64,000 nt of DNA from Escherichia coli (GTDB lineage: Bacteria; Pseudomonadota; Gammaproteobacteria; Enterobacterales; Enterobacteriaceae), in assembly GCF_044324785.1 (NCBI RefSeq), contig NZ_CP172127.1. The stretch is one strand, 5' to 3'. Below are positions 11,411 through 21,132 of the stretch, one piece after another. Below the pieces are notes generated by a model that made no database searches, had not been told where the DNA came from, and was given only the letters and a program-made list of their open reading frames with translations. The translations under genes and the position numbers were made by a program. The first letter of the stretch is position 1; every line of letters starts with the position of its first letter.

Positions 11411-12186
11411 ACGGCTTCCTCCCCAGCCTGTTGGCAGTCGGCATACAGGTCGGCTACCAGAACTCCCGTGATATAGCGTTTATAGGCCACGCTGCCCCGC
11501 AAATCTTCCTGCGGGAAAATGGCGTTGGCGACAGCCTGTTCAAGTGCATTGCCTTCCAGATTTTGTTTTTCAACATCGTGCAGACGCAGGGCTTTACTGG
11601 CGACGCCATCCAGCGCAATTCGCATACCGTCGTGGTCTGTCATTGCAACGGCTGCCGTCACGACGGTTAAACCTGCCTGAGAACGGCTAATTTTGCGGGT
11701 CGCACAGGTGCGATACGGATCTTTAATGATAATTTCGGTTAGCAGGCGATCGCATGGGCAGGCCAGGTACTCTTCGATTGACAGTGTTTCGCCATTGCCA
11801 AAAACCAGTTCAGCATCCAGTGCCAGCAGGACGGGAAGCAGCACAGACTCTTCCTGCCGGGCGGCGATTTCACCACCAATGGTCGACTGATTACGAACAT
11901 GGCGAGAGTAGACAAAGCCGAGGGCTTCACGCAGTGCTGCAGGAATAAATCGCGCATCACGCAGTGGCTGCAAGCGAGACATTGCGCCAATCCGCAGTGC
12001 ACCGTTATCCCAGTCAACCCAGTCCAGTTCCAGATCCTGTAAGGAAATGGCAATCTTTTTATCGGTACGGGTTGGTGTAGCGTTGAGTTTGCTGCCCCCG
12101 GCGAACCAGACGGCTTCATCCTGGTAGCGGCGCTTCAGTTCCAGCGCCTGTTCGACAGAGTCGGGCCTGAAAAATTGTTCAATCAT
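11407..12186 (-). CDS. ygfM: FAD-binding subunit of molybdenum hydroxylase (CoxM/XdhB-like)
   Basis: 259 aa; start overlaps xdhD region (operon); synteny. Confidence 0.8.
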   Translation of the reverse strand: MIEQFFRPDSVEQALELKRRYQDEAVWFAGGSKLNATPTRTDKKIAISLQDLELDWVDWDNGALRIGAMSRLQPLRDARFIPAALREALGFVYSRHVRNQSTIGGEIAARQEESVLLPVLLALDAELVFGNGETLSIEEYLACPCDRLLTEIIIKDPYRTCATRKISRSQAGLTVVTAAVAMTDHDGMRIALDGVASKALRLHDVEKQNLEGNALEQAVANAIFPQEDLRGSVAYKRYITGVLVADLYADCQQAGEEAV

Positions 12187-12236
12187 CTTCTTTCCTTATT
12201 TAACCCTCTTCCCAGCGGGAAGAGGGTATTTGTCAT

Positions 12237-13565
12237 TTATGCCAACGCATCCATCCGACGCCACATACTGGCAGCGGCTTTTCTGGCTTGCGCATAAATG
12301 GAATCGCAATCGAAGTTAAACTGACGGTCTTCATAGACCATCACGCCATTGACCATCACGCTATGAACGCTGCCTGAGCCCATACCGAAAGCGATATGCC
12401 CGGCGATATTGTCTGCCAGCAGCGGTGTCGGCGAGTTGTAATCGCAAATGGTTAAATCGGCTTTGTAACCGGCTTCCAGAAGGCCAAATTTCGCGCCAAA
12501 GTTGCGGCTCATCAGTTCGTTGCCGTTAGCCAGTGCTTTGGCAAAACTGTCAGGCCACAGCGGACCACCCGCATCGCGATGTTTAAAGAAGGCAAATTTC
12601 ATCTCTTCAAACATGTCCGAACCAATGCCGTCCGTTCCCAACGCCAGATTGCGGATGTCGCTAAGGTGATGGTTGTAGCCGACATGGTTGTTCATGTTTG
12701 AACGGGCGTTATGCACCAGGAACGCATCGCGCTGATTGAGTAGGGCGATGTCATCTTTCGACAAGTACAGCCCATGAGCGACCAGCGTTTTGCTGTCGAT
12801 GAGATCGAATTGCGCCAGTCGTGCCAGCAGGTCTTTGCCGTACCAGTGGTGACTGTAGGAAACGTCATAAAGGTCTTCCGCAGCGTGAATATGCAAACCA
12901 CGACCTGTGGCTTTCACGGCTTCACGCAGCATCTCCAGACCGGCATCCGGCACGGTAAACGGCGCGTGAGCGCCGATATGTGCTTCCACCAGATACGGCT
13001 CGGTTGCTGCTTTCTTCGCCTCATCAATCTGACGGGCGAAGCGGATGTTTTCTTCTACACCTTCCTGCAACTCTTTGATGCCGTTGTTACGGTCAGTAGT
13101 TTCAAAACAGGTCATCGCGCGCAGGCCAACTTTTAAAAATGCGTTGCGCAATGTGGAGAGCGACCCGCCGATATACGCCGGAGAGGCATGGTGATCGATA
13201 ACCGATGTACATCCGCTCTTAATTGCTTCCAGGGTACAAATCAGTCCGCTGTAATAGAGCGACTCTTCATCAAGGGCGCGATCGAGTCGCCACCAGAGAT
13301 TTTTCAGCGTTGAGATGAAATCCGGGCAGGGGGCGATGTTTGCCATAATTCCGCGGGACAGCCCCGAGTAAAAATGGTTGTGCGAGCAGACAATTCCCGG
13401 CATCACAATCCGACCATGCATCTCTTTGTAGCTGGCATCGGGGTAGCGTTGCGTCAGGGCATCGCCGATAGCGACAATCACATCATTTTCGATGGCGATA
13501 TCAACGCCTTCCTGCACTTTCGCCGGGTGTAACTGCACTGCGGTGACATTCTTCAGAATCAACAT
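12237..13565 (-). CDS. ssnA: Amidohydrolase (chlorohydrolase/aminohydrolase family)
   Basis: 442 aa; HxH metal-binding motif near the N-terminus (CSHNHFYSG); synteny. Confidence 0.85.
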   Translation of the reverse strand: MLILKNVTAVQLHPAKVQEGVDIAIENDVIVAIGDALTQRYPDASYKEMHGRIVMPGIVCSHNHFYSGLSRGIMANIAPCPDFISTLKNLWWRLDRALDEESLYYSGLICTLEAIKSGCTSVIDHHASPAYIGGSLSTLRNAFLKVGLRAMTCFETTDRNNGIKELQEGVEENIRFARQIDEAKKAATEPYLVEAHIGAHAPFTVPDAGLEMLREAVKATGRGLHIHAAEDLYDVSYSHHWYGKDLLARLAQFDLIDSKTLVAHGLYLSKDDIALLNQRDAFLVHNARSNMNNHVGYNHHLSDIRNLALGTDGIGSDMFEEMKFAFFKHRDAGGPLWPDSFAKALANGNELMSRNFGAKFGLLEAGYKADLTICDYNSPTPLLADNIAGHIAFGMGSGSVHSVMVNGVMVYEDRQFNFDCDSIYAQARKAAASMWRRMDALA

Positions 13566-13567
13566 GA

Positions 13568-16500
13568 TTACACCTCCACGCGGCCCAGCAGATAATGATG
13601 ATGCTGGTGGACATGGCTAATGATGCGGCACATATCGTTCAGCTCCGGTGGTACGTTGTTGAACTGACCTTCGCTGTCGATGTTTAACACCCAGCTTTGG
13701 TTATTCAGACGTACTCGTACCCGGCAATCTTCCACAAGGAAGCCTGGGTTGCTGCTGTTATCAAAGTCTTGCGACAGGCTGAAGACGGTGATTTTGTCTT
13801 TGTACGGTTTACCGTTCCACGGACAGAACTGAGCGCAGTTGCCGCATTCGTTACAGTAAGCGTCGAGGTGCAGCGTCTGGAAACGGTTCTGGAAGCCAGG
13901 GACCGCAATGGAGACGTTGGCGCGGTTCGGGCAGACATCCACACACTTGCTGCAAACGTAGTTACATTCAAGGCAGCGAGCAGCTTCCTGCGCGACAAAC
14001 GCATCACGATCGTCACTGTTCACCAGCGTGATAGAGATATCGCCTTTACGTTGATAGATTTCCGCCGGATTGACGTTGTTCCAGTATTTATCGTTCTGGT
14101 GGGAACGGATATTTTCCCGACTAAGGATGGCATCGGTCGCCCGACGCGCGGTTCCGACAGCAGCGACAATGGAGGATGGTCCGCGCTGTACGTCGCCGAT
14201 CATAAAGACGTCAGTCAGACGAGTTTCGCCATTATGGTCGACGTCTGGCCAGCCGTTTTTGTCCAGCGGCACGCCCATCGCATTCAGGGCTTCAGTATCC
14301 TGCTGTTCACCAATGGCGGTGATCAGGCTGTCTACATGCAGTGTTACTGTTTCGTTGGTTTCAACCGGACGGCGACGACCTTTCTCATCAGGTTCGCCAA
14401 GCGACATAACGCGCAAGGTTAAGGTGCCATCAGCATCGAAACGTTCCGGATTATTCAGGAAACGGAACTCCACGCCGTCGTGCAACGCTTCTTCATACTC
14501 TTCGCGCCATGCTGGCATCTCTTGCAGTGAACGACGGTAAACGACCGTTGCTTTTTCTACGCCTGGAACGCGTAACGCCGCACGAGCGCAGTCCATTGCC
14601 GTGTTACCCGCCCCGACAACGACCACATGTTTGCCCAGCTTGAGCGCTGTGCCCTTGTTGTATTCACGCAGGAAGGGGAGTGATTTCCAGACATTTTGGT
14701 TGTCGCCCGCCAGTTTCACACCGCTATTTTTATCAGTGCCGGTGGCAATCAGAACATAGTGGAAGCCCTGATTTTTTAACTGTTCAACGGTCAAATCGGG
14801 TGAGCAGCCATACTCAAATTTCACGCCGTGAGCGGCAACAAAATCGATATCGTGCTGAATTAACTCTGCAGGAATACGGAACTGAGGAATGATATTTTTC
14901 ACCACGCCGCCCGCATTGGCTTCGCGTTCAAACAGCGTAACCGGATGGCCCGCTCTGGCAAGGAAGTAACCTGCTGCCAGACCCGCCGGACCTGCACCAA
15001 TCACGGCAACCGGATGGCGTGAACCAGAACCGGCTGGTTTGTGCCAGCGTTGCTTATATTCATCCCAACCTTTTTCCAGCGCGACTTTTTTCAGTTCGCG
15101 GATATTCAGCGCACTGTCGTAATCCAGGCGGGTACAGTTGTATTGGCACTGGTGATCGCAAATATGACCGGTAATGGCGGGCAGGGCGTTGCGTTGGTAG
15201 ATGAGTTCCAGTGCGTCGGCATAGCGGTGTTCGCCAAGCAGACGGATGTATTCCGGAATATCCTGTTTAATGGCGCAAGCAGTAACGCACGGTGCAACGT
15301 AGCAGTCGGTCAGCGGCAGGTCTTCTGCCACTTCAATACGCTCTTCTGGCTTCCAGTGTTTCTGAGTGTATTCCATGGTTAACGCGTCTGCTGCCAGTTT
15401 GTTCAGTCGTTCGACGTCAACATGGTCAAGCCCCCAGGCGTCGGAGCCTTCCAGCTCGCGCATGCAGGCACTTAAGCGCAGATAGCCGCCAGGTTTCAGC
15501 AGGTCGGTTGCCATCGTGATAGGGCGAATACCAGTATCAAAAATATCGCGGATAGTCAGCTGACTGGCACCACCGGAATAAGAAATGGGCAGTTTGCCGT
15601 CAAAGGCGCGAGAGAGAACTGCTGCAACATTGATGGAGAGCGGGAACAGCGCACGGCCTGACATATACATCTCTTCACCAGGCAGTGCGCCTTTATTGTT
15701 GATGGTGCCGAGAGTGTTAGTCAGTTTTACGCCAAAGCCGAGTGATTTTTCTTTTGCCAGTGCCATCAGACGTTCCAGCATTTCCAGTGCTTGCGTCAGC
15801 TTGAGGTCGTGATCAAATGACTCTTCTTTTAAGCCTATGTAACCGAAACCGCAGACATCGAGGATCTCACGAACACGCGCGTACCCCAGTAAGGTCGGGT
15901 TGAGTTTCACAAAGGTATTGAGCCCTTTTTCTTCCAGCATGTAGCGGCAAATGGCTTCGATTTCATGCGGAGGACAGCCGTGCATGGTGGAGAGGGTGAC
16001 GCCCTGCACCATGCTGGTGGGGATGCGAGCGGGTAAGGCTTGCAAGCTTTCGCGTTTTTCCTGCAATCCGTGGCGGGCTAAAAATGCGTCATCCTGGAGT
16101 AATTTATTCAGCGTATCGCGATATTGAGCGAATTTCGGATGGTCAGATGCGTCCATCATATTGTCGATGAACTGTTGCATCGGCGGTTGCTTAATACCTT
16201 CGAGGTTGTAACCGACGCTCATATTAAAGATGAACGATTTACCGGAATCAGAAGGCTGGAACATCGCTTCGAGAAGGTGCAGGGCAAACCAGGCTTTGAG
16301 GTATTCATCCCAGGCTTTAAGCAGGGTAAATTCGGTGGACCATTCGGTGTTAAAGCACTCGTCTTCGGCATCAATACAGGGCTTTTCCAGCTCCAGGCGG
16401 TCAAGAATTTGGACGGTTTTTAGTTCGATGAAGCGTCCGCCAGTCAGCCAGGAAGTGACAATATTTTGCGCGAGCTGCGTGTGCGGGCCAGCGGCAGGGC

Positions 16501-16666
16501 CGACGGGAGTGGCACAGGTTTCACCGAAGACGCTAACAGTTTTACCTTTTACGGGTGAGTAAAACTGTTGCTCGGGAATACCAAAGATTGAGCGTTGTTG
16601 TTGGTATTCATCAAATATGCGCGTCAAAAGTTCCTCAAACGGAATGGGACGCATAATATCCCCCAT
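13568..16666 (-). CDS. ygfK: Large Fe-S flavoprotein oxidoreductase (putative selenate reductase-type subunit)
   Basis: 1032 aa; GAGPAGL and GAGNTAMD dinucleotide-binding motifs, C-terminal 4Fe-4S Cys clusters; first gene of the minus-strand ygfK..ghxQ operon. Confidence 0.85.
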   Translation of the reverse strand: MGDIMRPIPFEELLTRIFDEYQQQRSIFGIPEQQFYSPVKGKTVSVFGETCATPVGPAAGPHTQLAQNIVTSWLTGGRFIELKTVQILDRLELEKPCIDAEDECFNTEWSTEFTLLKAWDEYLKAWFALHLLEAMFQPSDSGKSFIFNMSVGYNLEGIKQPPMQQFIDNMMDASDHPKFAQYRDTLNKLLQDDAFLARHGLQEKRESLQALPARIPTSMVQGVTLSTMHGCPPHEIEAICRYMLEEKGLNTFVKLNPTLLGYARVREILDVCGFGYIGLKEESFDHDLKLTQALEMLERLMALAKEKSLGFGVKLTNTLGTINNKGALPGEEMYMSGRALFPLSINVAAVLSRAFDGKLPISYSGGASQLTIRDIFDTGIRPITMATDLLKPGGYLRLSACMRELEGSDAWGLDHVDVERLNKLAADALTMEYTQKHWKPEERIEVAEDLPLTDCYVAPCVTACAIKQDIPEYIRLLGEHRYADALELIYQRNALPAITGHICDHQCQYNCTRLDYDSALNIRELKKVALEKGWDEYKQRWHKPAGSGSRHPVAVIGAGPAGLAAGYFLARAGHPVTLFEREANAGGVVKNIIPQFRIPAELIQHDIDFVAAHGVKFEYGCSPDLTVEQLKNQGFHYVLIATGTDKNSGVKLAGDNQNVWKSLPFLREYNKGTALKLGKHVVVVGAGNTAMDCARAALRVPGVEKATVVYRRSLQEMPAWREEYEEALHDGVEFRFLNNPERFDADGTLTLRVMSLGEPDEKGRRRPVETNETVTLHVDSLITAIGEQQDTEALNAMGVPLDKNGWPDVDHNGETRLTDVFMIGDVQRGPSSIVAAVGTARRATDAILSRENIRSHQNDKYWNNVNPAEIYQRKGDISITLVNSDDRDAFVAQEAARCLECNYVCSKCVDVCPNRANVSIAVPGFQNRFQTLHLDAYCNECGNCAQFCPWNGKPYKDKITVFSLSQDFDNSSNPGFLVEDCRVRVRLNNQSWVLNIDSEGQFNNVPPELNDMCRIISHVHQHHHYLLGRVEV

Positions 16667-16817
16667 AACCCTCTCCTTAGCTTATACAGATATCATTGAG
16701 TGACCGGTGTTGAGAAATCCGGTGGTTTAGGGGGATAGAGCAACAATCGCACCACTCTTGCCAGGTTTGGCGGGAAATATAAAAAAATGTGAGGCGGCTC
16801 GAAACTTAGGAGCTTTT

Positions 16818-16833
16818 TGTGAATGAACTCACA
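16818..16833. promoter_or_regulatory. Candidate CRP binding site upstream of ygfK
   Basis: Perfect match to the CRP consensus half-sites TGTGA-N6-TCACA (tgtgaatgaactcaca), about 150 bp upstream of the ygfK start. Confidence 0.35.
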
Positions 16834-16987
16834 GGTGCCAAATGAGAATTAAAATCACTCCTGAAAATTATTATTGCCAGCCCATTTATCACTTTTTCTC
16901 TTTTCTCAAAATCAGTGATTCCTTATCATTATGATAAAGAGAACTGGAAGGGTTAAATATTTGAACGCAATCGTTTAACTACGTTTT

Positions 16988-17566
16988 CTAAATTTCAGTA
17001 TACCTTTTTTTCGCTGTAATAAAGTCGTCCGGAGTATCAATATCTAAAATTATTTCTGCATTTTCTATTTCGACGGAATAATGTTCTCCCATAAGGAGTG
17101 CCTGACGCATATTGGTGATATTGGGACGCTGGATTGCCTGCATCAGGCATGGCTTTGACACTAAAATCGGATGGCCGGGAATGCCATTATGGAGTGGCAG
17201 TATTGCGCCATCATTTCGTAACGACCAGATTTTCCTAAAAATATCGATGGTGAGGGTAGGCATGTCACCGTGGGTGAGAAAACAATATTCTGTTTGTACC
17301 GCGGGTACTGCGGCCTTTACTGATGTTAGTAAACCCTGTGCATAATCTGGGTTATGGATAATAGTGATATTGCTCTGGTTCGCATAACGCTTGTGCAGTT
17401 CATTACCACGATAGCCGGTGACTAAAATAATTCGGCTACAAAACTGCAACGCATTTTTGATACTTGTATCAAGAATTGTTCCCTGTTGCCAGGGTAACAT
17501 CATTTTCCATTGCCCCATTCTTGATGATAATCCGGCAGCGGTAATTATACAGTCGATGGCTGACAT
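16988..17566 (-). CDS. mocA: Molybdenum cofactor cytidylyltransferase (MobA-like NTP transferase)
   Basis: 192 aa; MobA-like N-terminus (ITAAGLSSRMG); synteny with K-12 mocA (ygfJ). Confidence 0.8.
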   Translation of the reverse strand: MSAIDCIITAAGLSSRMGQWKMMLPWQQGTILDTSIKNALQFCSRIILVTGYRGNELHKRYANQSNITIIHNPDYAQGLLTSVKAAVPAVQTEYCFLTHGDMPTLTIDIFRKIWSLRNDGAILPLHNGIPGHPILVSKPCLMQAIQRPNITNMRQALLMGEHYSVEIENAEIILDIDTPDDFITAKKRYTEI

Positions 17567-17668
17567 AGTGGTTCCATTATTTATAGGGGCTAATAACGCC
17601 TGATAATTGCGTTACTTCCTGATGGATTAAGTTGGGGATAATTTATCCCAGAGAGGTCATAAAGACTC

Positions 17669-18439
17669 GTGAAAAGTATAGTTGACCCATCGGCATTATT
17701 CATTGATTTAGGCGCGCAGAAACGTCCCACTGTGATTTCTGTTGTTGGGGCTGGGGGGAAAACCAGCTTGCTTTTTTGGCTGGCAGAACTGATCCAGGCT
17801 AGCGGCAGGCGTGTGTTAATCACTACGACGACACATATGTTTATGCCAACGTCTCACTGGCCCGTGGTTTTCTGTCGTGATCCCGCCATGCTTCCTCATG
17901 CGTCTCTTACATCCCCCATTTCATTTTGTTTTCACAGCTGGAAAGCGAACCAGGGAAAAGTGCAGGGATTTATGCCAGAAGCGATTGATGCACTGGTGCA
18001 ACGACCAGAGTGTGACGTAATTCTCATTGAGGCAGATGGCTCGCGTGGAATGCCGTTAAAAGCGCCTGATGAGCACGAACCTTGCATACCCAAAAGCAGT
18101 TGCTGCGTGATTGCTGTGATGGGAGGACATATTTTGGGCGCGAAAGTGAGCACAGAAAATGTCCATCGCTGGTCGCAGTTTGCTGATATTACCGGGTTAA
18201 CACCTGATGCAACCTTGCAACTGAGCGATCTCGTTGCGCTGGTTCGCCACCCTCAGGGCGCATTTAAAAACGTACCGCAAGGTTGTCGGCGAGTCTGGTT
18301 CATTAACCGTTTTTCTCAATGTGAGAATGCGATTGCGCAAAGCGAGCTCCTTCAACCGCTGCAACAACACGACGTAGAGGCAATCTGGCTGGGCGATATA
18401 CAAGAACATCCTGCAATCGCGCGCAGATTTGTGAATTAG
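17669..18439 (+). CDS. yqeC: Putative selenium-dependent hydroxylase accessory protein (P-loop)
   Basis: 256 aa; Walker A-like VVGAGGKTS; synteny. Confidence 0.8.
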   Translation: MKSIVDPSALFIDLGAQKRPTVISVVGAGGKTSLLFWLAELIQASGRRVLITTTTHMFMPTSHWPVVFCRDPAMLPHASLTSPISFCFHSWKANQGKVQGFMPEAIDALVQRPECDVILIEADGSRGMPLKAPDEHEPCIPKSSCCVIAVMGGHILGAKVSTENVHRWSQFADITGLTPDATLQLSDLVALVRHPQGAFKNVPQGCRRVWFINRFSQCENAIAQSELLQPLQQHDVEAIWLGDIQEHPAIARRFVN

Positions 18440-18486
18440 CGGCCCGGGTATTCCGGGTTACTGAAAGGATATCCATTGAGGTTGGT

Positions 18487-20112
18487 ATGAATATTTTCAC
18501 AGAGGCTGCAAAACTCGAAGAGCAAAATTGTCCGTTTGCGATGGCGCAAATTGTTGATAGCCGAGGCTCGACTCCCCGCCATTCTGCACAAATGTTAGTG
18601 CGCGCCGATGGCTCTATCGTCGGTACAATTGGTGGCGGAATGGTTGAGCGGAAGGTGATTGAAGAGTCGCTTCAGGCATTGCAGGAGCGTAAGCCGCGAT
18701 TATTCCATGGACGTATGGCTCGTAACGGTGCGGATGCTGTCGGGTCAGATTGTGGAGGTGCAATGTCAGTATTTATCAGCGTCCATGGTATGCGTCCACG
18801 TCTGGTGTTGATTGGCGCGGGGCATGTCAACCGGGCGATAGCCCAGAGTGCGGCGCTATTAGGATTTGATATTGCCGTTGCTGATATTTATCGCGAAAGC
18901 CTCAATCCTGAACTATTCCCACCATCAACCACGCTTCTCCATGCTGAGTCGTTTGGTGCAGCAGTGGAAGCACTGGATATTCGCCCTGATAATTTTGTCC
19001 TGATTGCCACGAATAATCAGGATCGTGAAGCCCTCGACAAACTCATTGAACAGCCCATTGCATGGTTGGGGTTGCTGGCAAGTCGTCGCAAGGTTCAGCT
19101 TTTCCTGCGTCAATTGCGTGAGAAAGGCGTGGCTGAAGAACATATTGCCCGTTTACATGCGCCCGTTGGTTACAACATAGGTGCGGAAACGCCGCAGGAG
19201 ATCGCCATCAGCGTGCTGGCAGAAATATTACAGGTGAAAAATAACGCGCCGGGTGGGCTGATGATGAAACCTTCTCATCCTTCCGGACACCAGCTGGTGG
19301 TGATTCGCGGTGCGGGAGATATCGCCAGTGGTGTGGCGCTACGTCTGTATCATGCGGGTTTTAAAGTGATCATGCTGGAAGTGGAAAAACCGACAGTGAT
19401 TCGTTGTACCGTGGCGTTTGCCCAGGCCGTGTTCGATGGCGAAATGACGGTCGAAGGCGTCACTGCCCGCCTGGCAACCAGCTCTGCGGAAGCGATGAAA
19501 CTTACCGAACGCGGATTCATCCCTGTGATGGTAGATCCCGCCTGTTCATTGCTTGATGAACTGAAACCGCTTTGCGTGGTGGACGCTATTCTGGCGAAAC
19601 AGAATTTGGGTACGCGGGCAGATATGGCACCAGTAACAATCGCGCTTGGGCCGGGCTTTACTGCTGGGAAGGATTGCCATGCGGTAATTGAAACAAATCG
19701 CGGGCACTGGCTCGGTCAGGTGATTTACTCTGGTTGTGCGCAGGAGAATACCGGTGTTCCCGGCAATATTATGGGGCATACCACCCGACGGGTGATCCGT
19801 GCTCCTGCTGCAGGCATTATGCGATCCAACGTGAAATTAGGCGATCTGGTGAAAGAGGGCGATGTGATTGCCTGGATTGGTGAGCATGAAATTAAAGCAC
19901 CGTTGACGGGGATGGTGCGTGGCTTGTTGAACGACGGACTGGCGGTGGTCGGTGGTTTTAAAATTGGTGATATCGATCCACGTGGTGAAACGGCTGATTT
20001 CACCAGCGTTTCTGATAAAGCCCGGGCAATTGGCGGCGGCGTACTTGAGGCGTTAATGATGTTGATGCATCAGGGCGTGAAAGCGACAAAAGAAGTGCTG
20101 GAAGTGGCTTAA
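18487..20112 (+). CDS. yqeB: XdhC/CoxI-family molybdenum hydroxylase maturation protein
   Basis: 541 aa; Rossmann-like GAGHV and GAGDIASG motifs; synteny. Confidence 0.8.
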   Translation: MNIFTEAAKLEEQNCPFAMAQIVDSRGSTPRHSAQMLVRADGSIVGTIGGGMVERKVIEESLQALQERKPRLFHGRMARNGADAVGSDCGGAMSVFISVHGMRPRLVLIGAGHVNRAIAQSAALLGFDIAVADIYRESLNPELFPPSTTLLHAESFGAAVEALDIRPDNFVLIATNNQDREALDKLIEQPIAWLGLLASRRKVQLFLRQLREKGVAEEHIARLHAPVGYNIGAETPQEIAISVLAEILQVKNNAPGGLMMKPSHPSGHQLVVIRGAGDIASGVALRLYHAGFKVIMLEVEKPTVIRCTVAFAQAVFDGEMTVEGVTARLATSSAEAMKLTERGFIPVMVDPACSLLDELKPLCVVDAILAKQNLGTRADMAPVTIALGPGFTAGKDCHAVIETNRGHWLGQVIYSGCAQENTGVPGNIMGHTTRRVIRAPAAGIMRSNVKLGDLVKEGDVIAWIGEHEIKAPLTGMVRGLLNDGLAVVGGFKIGDIDPRGETADFTSVSDKARAIGGGVLEALMMLMHQGVKATKEVLEVA

Positions 20113-20120
20113 ATGAAAAT

Positions 20121-20150
20121 GGCCGGATGGTATTACCCACCCGGCCTTTA
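20121..20150. terminator. Hairpin between convergent yqeB and yqeA
   Basis: Imperfect inverted repeat ggccggatgg...ccacccggcc flanked by T-rich runs on both strands. Confidence 0.45.
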
Positions 20151-20152
20151 AA

Positions 20153-21085
20153 TTACTGACAAATCACCGTTCCGGTTTTGCCTTCAATCCCTTCTTTCGC
20201 TTTGCTCAATACGGTAATCAGTGCTTCACGACCTGCGCGAGAGCGAGCAAACGAGGCGGCAGCTTCCACTTTAGGCAGCATAGAACCTTTCGCAAAATGA
20301 CCTTCTTCGATAAAGCGTTCAGCATCACTTAATGACAGGCGATCGAGCCACTGTTCATTCTCTTTACCGAAGTTAATGGCCACTTTTTCTACCGCAGTCA
20401 GAATGATCAGCATATCGGCATCAATCATCTCTGCTAAACGGGCGCTGGCCCAGTCTTTATCAATAACCGCGCTGGCACCACGCAGATGGTTACCTTCACG
20501 AATAACAGGAATACCACCACCGCCAACGGTGATCACTACCTGGCCTGCATCTACCAGAGCTTTAACCGTTTCTTTTTCAATGATATCAACCGGTTTTGGC
20601 GAGGCAACAACACGGCGATAGCCGCGACCAGCATCTTCTTTCAGAGTGTAACCCTGTTTTGTCAGTTGCTCTGCTTCCTGCTCGGTAAAGAACGAACCGA
20701 TCGGCTTGGTCGGGTTGAGGAATGCCGGATCGTTAGCATCGACTTCGACCTGGGTAACCAGCGTTGCTACAGGTTTATTAATGCCACGAGAAAGCAGTTC
20801 TTCTCTTAAGGCGTTTTGTAGATCGTAACCAATATAGCCCTGGCTTAAGGCAACACAGACAGACATCGGCAGCATTGGCGAGTGCGCTTCAGTTTTTGCG
20901 GCAGCTTCAAAGGCCTGGTTAATCATGCCCACCTGTGGCCCGTTACCATGAGTGACGATGACCTCATGTCCCTGGGCAATTAAATCAACAATTGCCTGAG
21001 AAGTAATTTTTACCGCTTTCATTTGTCCGGCCAGGTCGTCGCCCAGCGCATTCCCGCCCAGGGCGAGAACAATTTTCTTACTCAT
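20153..21085 (-). CDS. yqeA: Carbamate kinase-like protein
   Basis: 310 aa; amino-acid kinase family N-terminus (KIVLALGGNAL); synteny. Confidence 0.85.
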   Translation of the reverse strand: MSKKIVLALGGNALGDDLAGQMKAVKITSQAIVDLIAQGHEVIVTHGNGPQVGMINQAFEAAAKTEAHSPMLPMSVCVALSQGYIGYDLQNALREELLSRGINKPVATLVTQVEVDANDPAFLNPTKPIGSFFTEQEAEQLTKQGYTLKEDAGRGYRRVVASPKPVDIIEKETVKALVDAGQVVITVGGGGIPVIREGNHLRGASAVIDKDWASARLAEMIDADMLIILTAVEKVAINFGKENEQWLDRLSLSDAERFIEEGHFAKGSMLPKVEAAASFARSRAGREALITVLSKAKEGIEGKTGTVICQ

Positions 21086-21132
21086 TTTTCCTCACTCATC
21101 ATTCTTGATTGTGTATAGATCCCTGGCAGTGG

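Noticed and set aside
13697-14540. 241-aa and 156-aa plus-strand ORFs inside ygfK
   Set aside because: Antisense to a well-supported 1032-aa gene with conserved cofactor motifs; typical shadow ORFs. The same applies to the many other 60-200-codon ORFs embedded opposite xdhD, xdhA, ygeX, ygeW and the T3SS genes.
16800-16840. TGGCAC-like sequence upstream of ygfK as a sigma54 promoter
   Set aside because: A TGGCAC hexamer is present on the minus strand but the -12 element (TTGC) is absent at the required spacing; the same sequence is better explained as the CRP palindrome.
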